NCBI GenBank assembly: GCA_037143195.1
Contig: JBAWZD010000001.1
Location: 355,733-419,732, forward strand
Reading direction: 5' to 3'
Source of the DNA: a bacterium
Lineage (GTDB): Bacteria; Patescibacteriota; Minisyncoccia; Phycocordibacterales; UBA9973
DNA length: 64,000 bases
This document shows, in pieces, positions 46,372-54,913 of this stretch (positions are counted from its first letter, which is position 1; each line of letters begins with the position of its first letter). The notes under the pieces were generated by a model. That model saw only the letters and a list, made by a program, of their open reading frames with translations, did no database searches and was not told the origin of the DNA. The translations under genes were made by a program, and so were the position numbers.

Positions 46372-47511
46372 TTAATCAAATTTCATTCCGAGGTGTAAAC
46401 CACGCTCGCGAACGACCTGCTCGACACAATCTGCTGACCACGCTCCAAGTGTTGGAATGAGGAGCAAATTCTCTCGTGTCCGCTGAACTAAATCAAACAA
46501 ATTTTGAATACTCGCTTTTTTCAACAGACGAGATACTCGGTCAGGAAGGTTTAGATTTTCAAGGGTCACGCTCATTAATCTAGTTTTTTCAGTTTCGATA
46601 CTCCGTGCCTCTTTGGAGACTGACAACTCAAGATTTTTGATTGTATCCAGCTCATTTTGAATCGTAATTAACTTGTTCCACAACTCAACATAGTCAGAGA
46701 CTGTCTTACAAATGAAATAATGTTCATTGTTCAACTCATTCGATAAGCGCGAAATTGCATTCCTTTGGGTTAGCTCAAAAAACGCGTCGGTCACATCGTA
46801 CTTTTCCATCAAATCGGATTTGCTTTCGTTAGAAAGCTCATACTTGGCCTGAACGAATTCCTTCTCGCGCCAATCGAAGTTACCGATTCGAATTTTGAGA
46901 TACTCGATGAACCTTTCATCAAAATACCGAGATTCTCTCGTCTTAGGCGACAGAAGCATTTCGCATGTCGATGATGTAAGCAGGCTACGAATAGTCCCTA
47001 TTTTCAGATCTTCTGGAAAAGGAATTTCTTCATTGTGCATTTTTTTTAATACCTCATCGAGGTAGTGTCCTGCTGTATTTTGATCTTTTACTTCAGGATA
47101 CAATTTGTTAATCAGCGCTTTCCACCCTTCACAAATGCCGGGTGAAAACATGTTGCCTCCAGACATGTTTTTGTAAAAAATTGCTCCAGCAATAAAGTCT
47201 TCCCATCTGATTAAATTGAGGTGCTTAAACAGATGAGGTTTCAAGTCAATAATCGCGGGAGATTTCATCACAAGTGAACACTCGAGATCGTCAGCTACAA
47301 GCCACGCATATACCTTCAACAGGTATAACTTGTTTTCGGGGACAGCCTCCTTCTTCAGATCTACGTTTTTGGACTCCTCAGGGAGGTTGCTATTAACGCA
47401 ACTCTCAGTAATTTTATACAGTTCCGCTATGAGTTTAAGCGGGATGCTATTCTTGTACAGAATCGCGATGTTCCTCTTCATTTCTGGGGTGACTACTTTG
47501 TGTGTGGACAT
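46372..47511 (-). CDS. protein with a C-terminal RNA polymerase alpha-subunit CTD-like (HhH) domain
   Basis: C-terminus LENLNLPDRVSRLLKKASIQNLFDLVQRTRENLLLIPTLGAWSADCVEQVVRERGLHLGM matches the RpoA alpha-CTD consensus (LEELELSVRSANCLKRAGI.TLGDL..).. Start placed at MSTHKVV... (ATG at 47509-47511). The track's extension runs through an inverted repeat. Confidence 0.6.
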   Translation of the reverse strand: MSTHKVVTPEMKRNIAILYKNSIPLKLIAELYKITESCVNSNLPEESKNVDLKKEAVPENKLYLLKVYAWLVADDLECSLVMKSPAIIDLKPHLFKHLNLIRWEDFIAGAIFYKNMSGGNMFSPGICEGWKALINKLYPEVKDQNTAGHYLDEVLKKMHNEEIPFPEDLKIGTIRSLLTSSTCEMLLSPKTRESRYFDERFIEYLKIRIGNFDWREKEFVQAKYELSNESKSDLMEKYDVTDAFFELTQRNAISRLSNELNNEHYFICKTVSDYVELWNKLITIQNELDTIKNLELSVSKEARSIETEKTRLMSVTLENLNLPDRVSRLLKKASIQNLFDLVQRTRENLLLIPTLGAWSADCVEQVVRERGLHLGMKFD

Positions 47512-47714
47512 ATATTTTGATTTTAACGGTTGCCACAAAAGATTGGTGACGCTTCTCTGGCAACCGTTAAAACCATATTTTTCAATGAAATAATCAACCA
47601 TGAATACTACACATATATTCACAAATGTCAAATTATCCACGTTTCAAAGTTGGCCAATTATGGCTCAACGATGTTACGTTAATTGTGATCAACGTTCCTG
47701 CTATTACACATGTG

Positions 47715-48020
47715 TTAGCGATGCGGACATCCAGCCCAACAACACGGACGGCGCTTCCCTTTCAAAAGATTTTCGCTCATGATTCGCATTCGGCGATTGC
47801 GTGTTTCAAGTTTCTTTGCAGAAGTAATCCAACAAATCCATTCGTTACGCGCGAGCGGAGTGAGGTCTTTCCATAGTGTCGATATATCTTGTTTTGATGC
47901 GAGTATTTGCTGCACATCAAGCGGGACTCGATGCACCATCTTCGCGACGACTTGTTTCTGTGTCATAGGTTCTATATTACCAAAATCTCGTCTCGAGCGC
48001 CCTGTGTATGATTGTTCCAT
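47715..48020 (-). CDS. YdeI/OmpD-associated (OmdA) family protein
   Basis: C-terminal signature LTPLARNEWICWITSAKKLETRNRRMRIMSENLLKGKRR (W..WI.SAKK.ETR..R). Confidence 0.55.
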   Translation of the reverse strand: MEQSYTGRSRRDFGNIEPMTQKQVVAKMVHRVPLDVQQILASKQDISTLWKDLTPLARNEWICWITSAKKLETRNRRMRIMSENLLKGKRRPCCWAGCPHR

Positions 48021-48128
48021 TTGACATTCTCCAGAAACTGCTTAATCTGTCAATAATACCTTCCTCTTTCATTATTTTGGTGACCACAGAAGATTTCCGC
48101 CTTTTGTGGTCACCAAAATAATATACGT

Positions 48129-48449
48129 ATGTGGCACTTCATTAAATCACTGTTCGTTTTCGAAAATGTGAACCATTTCATATGGTTTTTAGGATCAATA
48201 ACGATCCTCGTTTATCTCGTGGCAAATTCACTCTTGTACAAAAGGAGTGCGTTGCTAAAATTTCTCACGCAGATTTTCCTTATTCTTGCATTGATAGCTG
48301 CATTTTGTGTTTTTATTCTTTATCCGAATCTAAAAATACAAGAGCATACCTTCACCATACATTGTGTTTGGTACAATACATTATTGGGAGTCGTAACATT
48401 CTTGTTTCGACGAAAAATAGAGAAAATAAATCATAAAAAGCCAACCTGA
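48129..48449 (+). CDS. hypothetical membrane protein
   Basis: 106 aa, three hydrophobic helices. Terminator hairpin at 48434-48464 (aaaagccaac ctgaaa gttggcttttt). Confidence 0.45.
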   Translation: MWHFIKSLFVFENVNHFIWFLGSITILVYLVANSLLYKRSALLKFLTQIFLILALIAAFCVFILYPNLKIQEHTFTIHCVWYNTLLGVVTFLFRRKIEKINHKKPT

Positions 48450-48479
48450 AAGTTGGCTTTTTATCTGGGTTACGCTTTT

Positions 48480-49208
48480 TTATTCTTTACCGTATTTCTT
48501 GGCGTACACGTAGAATCGTGCACTGACTGCAAGAAGCGCAATGAGTGTGACGATGAATGCCCAGAACCAACCAGAACGGACAGACCACGTTCCTGCGCCG
48601 ATTGCCGAAGCAGACAAAGCTTGCGTCGTGACTGTTTCAGTTTGAGCGGGAGCTACGACTTCTGGTGCCTTCACTGCCTCGACTGGAGCAACTTTCTTCA
48701 CCGGCGTTGTTGTTACAGTTGTGACTTTCTGCTCAAGAGGAGCAGTGATGGTGATTGCAACCGGAGCACTTGTGATTGCAGTTTGTGTACTTTCCTGAAA
48801 GGCAATCGAGTTCGAATCAATTGAGATTTGGCCAACACCTGCTGATTTCGCGGTAAAGGTAATTGTTTCAAATACTTTTTTGCCAGAGAACCCACCAGGA
48901 AGTCCAGCAGTCTTGATAAGAATTCCGTTTGTCGCGTCAAGCGAATCATATCCTGCTTGTGTCAGCGCCATCCACTCATTGGTCTGTGCGACATTCGTGA
49001 CAGATACAAGATCCGTTGGATATTTGATTTCAATTTTTTCTGCGTCATTGACGTCAGTCGCAGAATCAACACTGACAGTAATCGTAAACGTCGTACCTGC
49101 GACTGCGTTTACAGAACTTGGCGACATACTTGCAGTTGTAGCTGCGAATGTCGCGTGACTAAACATGAGAACTCCGAGCACAATGAGAATTGTAGAATAT
49201 TTTTTCAT
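48480..49208 (-). CDS. cell-surface anchor protein with a cohesin-like beta-sandwich domain and a C-terminal TM anchor
   Basis: Signal peptide. Domain ...SPSSVNAVAGTTFTITVSVDSATDVNDAEKIEIKYPTDLVSVTNV... resembles the cohesin/Ig-like fold. T/V/P-rich linker. C-terminal TM WFWAFIVTLIALLAVSARFYVYAKKYGKE. Confidence 0.5.
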   Translation of the reverse strand: MKKYSTILIVLGVLMFSHATFAATTASMSPSSVNAVAGTTFTITVSVDSATDVNDAEKIEIKYPTDLVSVTNVAQTNEWMALTQAGYDSLDATNGILIKTAGLPGGFSGKKVFETITFTAKSAGVGQISIDSNSIAFQESTQTAITSAPVAITITAPLEQKVTTVTTTPVKKVAPVEAVKAPEVVAPAQTETVTTQALSASAIGAGTWSVRSGWFWAFIVTLIALLAVSARFYVYAKKYGKE

Positions 49209-49212
49209 ATAA

Positions 49213-51951
49213 TTATTTCGTCCATTTCGCCATAAGCATTACAAAATCCAGCACATCGACCTTCCCGTCACTATTAAAATCTGCAATATTACTTGTACCG
49301 GTACCTCCCCAATGTGCCATCAATGTGACGAAGTCGAGAATGTCTACCTTACAATCGTGGTTGGTGTCTACTTTTCCAAGCGAACACGTGTTGCCACCGC
49401 CGCCACCTGAACCTCCTCCGCCTCCGCCACCACCTCCACCTCCTCCACCACCGCCTCCGCCACTAGTGGTTGAGCAAGGGCTCGTGGTAAAGGTCATATC
49501 ACTTCCTGTACCGTTGCCGTACGAATTGACGGCAAGTGCTTGATAGTGATATGTCGTCGCACATGTGAGACTTGGGAGATCAAGATGAAATACTCCGCTC
49601 GTAAAGGTGCCTGTCGCGATGACCTGACCGCCATATGCACTCGTCGTTCCAAATGAGAATCCTCGTCCGGTTACCGTACTTGAGCCCGTGTAATCGATAA
49701 TTCCGTTAATCGTTGCGCTTGTCTGTGTGATTGAAGTCGCAGCTGATGTCGTTACATATGGCACAGGCTGGCGTGTCCAGATGAATCCAGGAGAATCATC
49801 ACCTGCAACAATCCACAAACCGTCTCTCGACATTCCAAGCGAAGCCCAGAACGCAGAACCGGCCGATGTTTGTGGAACCCATGTTGTTCCGCTATCAGTC
49901 GAAATCAAAATGAAATGACCATCAGCATCCGGACCACCTTCGGCAAGCACAATTACTTTGCCATCGTCAGAGACGCGAGCGTTGCTCCAATCTCCAGTAC
50001 CAGCACTTGTCATTTTGGTCCATGTCACGCCACCATCAGTTGAACTATACGCGTACCCGTGCGCTTCGACAGCGACAATATATGTTCCATCACTTGAAGC
50101 GGATACGTTTTTCCAAGAATGTGAACCGAGATCGGTAAAGTCTGCCCATGTGAGTCCACCATCGAGCGATTGATGAATGAGCCCGTTTGAGTCACTTACA
50201 ATAATGTCTGTTCCATTCTGAGCGACGGCGAGCGCACTCCACGGACCCGAACCAAGGACTGTAGCATCCGTCCATGTCATTCCTCCGTTATGTGAAATTG
50301 AAAGATATCCTGCGAACGTTGTGTATAGAATAGTCTGGCCATCAGTACTAAGGCCGAGCGCCTGACTCAATTGTGATCCAAGAGTCGGAAGCGCGCTCCA
50401 TGTTGCTCCTGTATCAAATGAAATATATACCGAGCCAGTTACTTTGTCTGAAGCAAGCATTCGAGTGCCAGAACCTGAGATTGCGACACTGTTCCAAAAA
50501 TGCGTACCGAGATTTGGGACTTGTGTCCATGTCACATCACCGTCGGTTGAGATATACAAATTTTCATTTGGATAATCGGTTGCAATCGTTGTTTGACCAT
50601 CATCGGAGGTCGCGATATTTGACCAGAAGTGTGCACCCGAACCGACTTGACGAATCCACGCCGAACCAGAGTACACAGTGGTACATGGAAGCGTCTGCAC
50701 CGTCGCATCACTACCATACGAAACACCATCAGCATTTGAAGCGAACGCACGATAGTGGTAGAGAGTATTACATGCGAGTCCGGTATGCACATCAGCGCCG
50801 GTAAATGACGGCGAGTTTCCTTGTGTAAAAGGAAGCGTGAGTCCAATCGTAACGTTCGTACCATATGCAGTTGTGAGACCATATTCGGCTCCAACACTTT
50901 CGAGGAACGAATCACCGTAATCAGGAACTGATCCATTCAATTGAGCTCCAAATTCACGAATCGTTCCTGTAGTCAAAGTCGTGACGACAGGTGGTCGTCC
51001 GTTTGTATAAATATATCCACCCAAATCTACAGCAGAAAATGGTGCACCGTTTGTCGTTGAAGCCACTGCTTGCCACATACGATTGCCCGCGACTGTATCA
51101 TGCACCCATGTAGATCCACCGTCATATGATTCGTACAATCCTCCTGCTCCGTTATCGGCTGCAATGAGCGTCATGCCATCCGCACTACTTGCGACAGATG
51201 ACCAACTTCGCACACCCGAACTGTAATCAGGATTCCATGTCGTGCCACTGTCTGTTGAGGTATACAAATAGTCACCGACAGCACCAGCCGTCATATGTGT
51301 ACCGTCTGCATTGATTGAAATACTAAGCCATGAACGATTCCCAGCGCTTGTAGCTTCAGTCCATGTTGCACCAGAGTCGTTTGAAATCATTATTGATCCG
51401 ATTGCGCTCGCAGCTGCAAGTGTCGTTCCGCTACTTGAAGATGCTACTACTTGCCACAGAGAAACCCCGAGTGATGTCTGGGTCGTCCATGTCGCTCCAC
51501 TGTCTGTTGAGAGATATACATTTCCGTTTGATTCAGCTGCGATCAATTGCGAACCACTCGCATTTGAGGCAATTGAGGCCCATACGTGTGAACCGAGACT
51601 CGTTTGCTCAGTCCATGTCACACCACCATCAGTTGAAGTAAAGAGTGATCCACCCGCAACGATAGCTGCGAGCTTTTGGCCATCAGCACTTCCGGTGACA
51701 GAGTTCCATTCTTGCGGACCTGTTGCAGTTTGTTGCGTCCAATGCAAACCACGATCAGTCGACGTATAAACGTATCCAGCGCCTGATTCATTGTCTACTG
51801 CGGCGAGTCTTGTGCCATCAGCGCTACTCGTAATCGAAAGCCAGTGATGCTGACCAGAATCCGTTCGCTCAATCCATGTATGGGCTGACGCGACGTGAGT
51901 AACTACAAAAAATAAAACTGCGAAAAATGGAACTATAGCTATTTTTTTCAT
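49213..51951 (-). CDS. secreted BNR/Asp-box repeat protein (>15 S-x-D-x-G-x-T-W units) with poly-Gly linker and C-terminal dockerin-like domain
   Basis: Signal peptide. Repeated STDGGVTW / STDSGATW / SNDSGATW units. GGGGGGGGGGGGGGGGGSGGGGG linker. C-terminus DTNHDCKVDILDFVTLMAHW...DFNSDGKVDVLDFVMLMAKW, a duplicated dockerin type I calcium-binding motif. Confidence 0.75.
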   Translation of the reverse strand: MKKIAIVPFFAVLFFVVTHVASAHTWIERTDSGQHHWLSITSSADGTRLAAVDNESGAGYVYTSTDRGLHWTQQTATGPQEWNSVTGSADGQKLAAIVAGGSLFTSTDGGVTWTEQTSLGSHVWASIASNASGSQLIAAESNGNVYLSTDSGATWTTQTSLGVSLWQVVASSSSGTTLAAASAIGSIMISNDSGATWTEATSAGNRSWLSISINADGTHMTAGAVGDYLYTSTDSGTTWNPDYSSGVRSWSSVASSADGMTLIAADNGAGGLYESYDGGSTWVHDTVAGNRMWQAVASTTNGAPFSAVDLGGYIYTNGRPPVVTTLTTGTIREFGAQLNGSVPDYGDSFLESVGAEYGLTTAYGTNVTIGLTLPFTQGNSPSFTGADVHTGLACNTLYHYRAFASNADGVSYGSDATVQTLPCTTVYSGSAWIRQVGSGAHFWSNIATSDDGQTTIATDYPNENLYISTDGDVTWTQVPNLGTHFWNSVAISGSGTRMLASDKVTGSVYISFDTGATWSALPTLGSQLSQALGLSTDGQTILYTTFAGYLSISHNGGMTWTDATVLGSGPWSALAVAQNGTDIIVSDSNGLIHQSLDGGLTWADFTDLGSHSWKNVSASSDGTYIVAVEAHGYAYSSTDGGVTWTKMTSAGTGDWSNARVSDDGKVIVLAEGGPDADGHFILISTDSGTTWVPQTSAGSAFWASLGMSRDGLWIVAGDDSPGFIWTRQPVPYVTTSAATSITQTSATINGIIDYTGSSTVTGRGFSFGTTSAYGGQVIATGTFTSGVFHLDLPSLTCATTYHYQALAVNSYGNGTGSDMTFTTSPCSTTSGGGGGGGGGGGGGGGGGSGGGGGNTCSLGKVDTNHDCKVDILDFVTLMAHWGGTGTSNIADFNSDGKVDVLDFVMLMAKWTK

Positions 51952-52110
51952 GTTATTGAATTATAGCATACTTGTTTTAAAAGTCAAATATCCCAAAAGT
52001 ACTAAGGCTTGAAAGAAAATGGGTCACGAACTGGAGAAAGAATTTTGTACTATTGACACAAATCGATATTATATGTAATACTATGAGTCAACCATTTAAA
52101 TCTAAAGAAG

Positions 52111-52296
52111 ATGAAGTCACAACTTGCAACACAAGGAAACGGCCTAGTAATACCATTTCCATTAGAGAAAGAAAACACCGTCGTAACTGATGGCGAAGGA
52201 ATGAAACCTACAGGTGAGGCTGAAGAATTCCCCGAAGTTCCGTTCGACCCCGAACATGTGGGGTACGACACGAAATCAGATAGAGATGGAAAATAA
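52111..52296 (+). CDS. hypothetical small acidic protein
   Basis: 61 aa. Followed by a terminator at 52317-52355 (aagccatcatttt agt gatggctt tatttatttt). Confidence 0.3.
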   Translation: MKSQLATQGNGLVIPFPLEKENTVVTDGEGMKPTGEAEEFPEVPFDPEHVGYDTKSDRDGK

Positions 52297-52569
52297 CTTT
52301 TCGTCTCGATCCAAATACAAAAGCCATCATTTTAGTGATGGCTTTATTTATTTTGTGTCATTTATATAATTAAATGACGGATATACTTGGTGTGCCCACA
52401 ACGGGGCGATAGTTAGCCCGTTCCTACATGAGGAGCGGTGAGGGAGAAAAGTGTGGCCTTCACAAAGGAAAGCATGAATTCAATTTGTTTTCAGTGTGAA
52501 GAACTTTTGTCCATTGAGAACGGGTTCTCAAGTTTGGTACGGGCTACATGCTCGAACTATTCTTTTTTA

Positions 52570-52612
52570 AAAGAAAACACCAGCCATCTTTCGAAGGCTG
52601 GTGTTTTCTTTG
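52570..52612. terminator. strong bidirectional terminator (16-bp perfect stem) closing a ~230-nt noncoding stretch
   Basis: ttttttaa aagaaaacaccagcc atctttcgaa ggctggtgttttcttt. Confidence 0.7.
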
Positions 52613-52806
52613 AAGAGAGTCTCAAGTTCAAAGCAAAAATCAGCCTTCGAGAGGAAGGGTAATCACAATTGCTTTTCCTTTGGACATGCGACGAAACATA
52701 CTCGAAGTATAGCAGGTAACACTCCCCCGTCAAGCAATCGAGTTGTATACGCGCACGAAAAAATATACAATTACATGCATTACAAGAAATTAATTCTATA
52801 TTTATT

Positions 52807-53547
52807 ATGAGTTTTTGGAACAACAAAGAATACGATTCACTTAAAATGCTGCTCGTCGCCGTACTTGTGACAGCAATTGGGTTGTTTACGTACAATGAAA
52901 TGAAAATTAAGCCGCTTGAAAACGCGGGACGAGTTATCTCGACGAGTGCTTCGGGGAATCATCGTGGCGCAAAAGGTGGCAATCCGTACGGAAGTGATGT
53001 TGGTGGCGGGAAGGGCGTATGTGATCAATCTGTCACTGTCGCGCTCGTGCCTTCGTACAACACTGGGACATCAGCAGCATCATTCAGCTTGAATCCTTCA
53101 TCGACGAGCGGAGTAGCAAATACAAACGTCAACCTCGGAACATACCGACTCGACAACCCGAGTCCATGTCCAATGAATGTCACCATGATGAAATTCATAT
53201 CGAATCCCTCAACAGTTCCCTCTCCTTCATACAGTGTGATTCAAAACATCAAATTATATGAGGCGTCGAGTGGTACACAATTTGGCGCGACACTTCCGTT
53301 CACGACCCCGATCGATAGCACCGGAACACTTCCATTCACTTCAACAGTCGGAGTCAACGTACCAGCATATGGATACGCGGAGTTTACCCTCGTTGCTGAT
53401 GGACGTAATGTTCCCCCACCAGCACATATTACGATACAGCTCACCGAGTTCAGCGCGACAAACATCTTGACCACAGTGGTTGACCACGCAGTCTTTCCAA
53501 CAAGCATGCCACTCGTGTCTGCTCCAACCGTAACATTCGTTCCCTAA
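52807..53547 (+). CDS. hypothetical membrane-anchored extracellular protein
   Basis: 246 aa, N-terminal TM LKMLLVAVLVTAIGLFTY, S/T-rich beta-type sequence. Confidence 0.5.
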   Translation: MSFWNNKEYDSLKMLLVAVLVTAIGLFTYNEMKIKPLENAGRVISTSASGNHRGAKGGNPYGSDVGGGKGVCDQSVTVALVPSYNTGTSAASFSLNPSSTSGVANTNVNLGTYRLDNPSPCPMNVTMMKFISNPSTVPSPSYSVIQNIKLYEASSGTQFGATLPFTTPIDSTGTLPFTSTVGVNVPAYGYAEFTLVADGRNVPPPAHITIQLTEFSATNILTTVVDHAVFPTSMPLVSAPTVTFVP

Positions 53548-53550
53548 TTC

Positions 53551-54147
53551 ATGAACACCTACAAAGATATCCTCGGCGTTGTAACAATCGTCATTGCGAT
53601 CATTAGTTATTCGGACTATTTTTTTTCTATTTTCCGAGGGAACACAATCCCACGCACAATATCTTGGCTCATCTGGGGCGTTCTTGGAGCAATCGCATTT
53701 GTCGTTCAATACAATGCAGGTGGTGGAGCCGGAACATGGATTACTGGCTTCACAGCGCTAATGTGTTTCCTTGTCGCTGGTACATCGTTCATAAAATGCA
53801 CTGAGCATTTTACACTTTATGATTGGGTTCCACTCTCAGGTGCAGTGATTACTCTTCTGTTTTGGTGTGTCACAAACAATGCACTCGTTGCAATATTCCT
53901 GATCATCATTACGCACACGCTTGGGTTCATTCCAACGATGCATAATGCGTACAAGAATCCCGACGAGGAAACCGCGATGACGTTCATGCTCAACGGCTTA
54001 AAATTCTCAATTGCGATCATCGCACTTGATTCATATACGATGACGACATGGCTCTACCCTGCTGTTATCGTGTTATTGAATATACTTCTTGTGCTGATTA
54101 TCGTCACGCGCAGAGTATCGCTTCGAAAAATACGAGCAATTTCGTAA
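53551..54147 (+). CDS. hypothetical polytopic membrane protein (about six TM helices)
   Basis: 198 aa. Lies 3 nt downstream of the previous gene. Confidence 0.5.
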   Translation: MNTYKDILGVVTIVIAIISYSDYFFSIFRGNTIPRTISWLIWGVLGAIAFVVQYNAGGGAGTWITGFTALMCFLVAGTSFIKCTEHFTLYDWVPLSGAVITLLFWCVTNNALVAIFLIIITHTLGFIPTMHNAYKNPDEETAMTFMLNGLKFSIAIIALDSYTMTTWLYPAVIVLLNILLVLIIVTRRVSLRKIRAIS

Positions 54148-54193
54148 GAGACAAGGTATACTTAAGACTTATCACTAACAGACGCAAATTCCA

Positions 54194-54320
54194 ATGGCAA
54201 AAAGAAAGACGAGTGTCAGCCCAAAGAAAATGACTCGACACCCGCACAAGACGGCAAAGCGCCTTGCGGCAAAGAAAGTCATGCTCGCAAAAAAGGCTAC
54301 GAAAAAAGCCCGAGCATAAT
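54194..54320 (+). CDS. very basic 41-aa ORF (ribosomal-protein-like composition; unassigned)
   Basis: MAKRKTSVSPKKMTRHPHKTAKRLAAKKVMLAKKATKKARA. Below the ORF-track length cutoff, found by hand. Confidence 0.3.
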
Positions 54321-54466
54321 GATTTGATTGAGGGAATATACTCAGTCACCCATTACACAAAAGCCACCTCACGGTGGCTTTTGTGTACGTCGTACATACT
54401 AGTAATCGAGTGCAAAATTCGGTATAGTAGAGAGTATTTTATTAATAAATAAGTAGAATTTTTTGT

Positions 54467-54847
54467 ATGTTGAATCGTATTCAAAATAGTGCTTTGTTCA
54501 CAACGGACACAGGAATGCTCGTGCTCCGCATCGGTCTCGGAATCGTGTTTATTGTTAGTGGTTGGATGAAAGTCTCCAACATGCACAGTACTGTTGGTTT
54601 CTTCGCATCAATCGGATTTAACGCATTCTGGGCATACCTTGCTTCAGCAGTTGAATTTCTTGGCGGTATCGCAGTCCTTCTCGGTGTCTTTACTCGCATC
54701 GCAGCAGCTCTCCTCGTTGTTGTCATGATCGTCGCTGTCTATGTCGTCCATGGTCAGCCAACAATGATTATGACCCCACTCTCAGTTGGATTCTCAGCGC
54801 TCGCGCTCATGTTCGCAGGTGCAGGAAAATACGCACTTCGAAAATAA
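54467..54847 (+). CDS. DoxX family membrane protein
   Basis: LVLRIGLGIVFIVSGWMKV...FLGGIAVLLGVFTRIAAALLVVVM, typical DoxX. Bidirectional terminator at 54868-54908 (atcactgcga gaatat tcgcagtgat ttttttt). Confidence 0.8.
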   Translation: MLNRIQNSALFTTDTGMLVLRIGLGIVFIVSGWMKVSNMHSTVGFFASIGFNAFWAYLASAVEFLGGIAVLLGVFTRIAAALLVVVMIVAVYVVHGQPTMIMTPLSVGFSALALMFAGAGKYALRK

Positions 54848-54913
54848 TTTTCGTCCGGTTTACGTTTCAAAAAAATCACTGCGAGAATATTCGCAGTGAT
54901 TTTTTTGTACCTA

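Noticed and set aside
49390-49470. Possible simple-sequence repeat or CRISPR-like periodicity (ccgccacc units)
   Set aside because: It is an in-frame poly-Gly/Ser linker of the BNR-dockerin protein. There is no spacer-repeat architecture, and no CRISPR array is present anywhere in the window.
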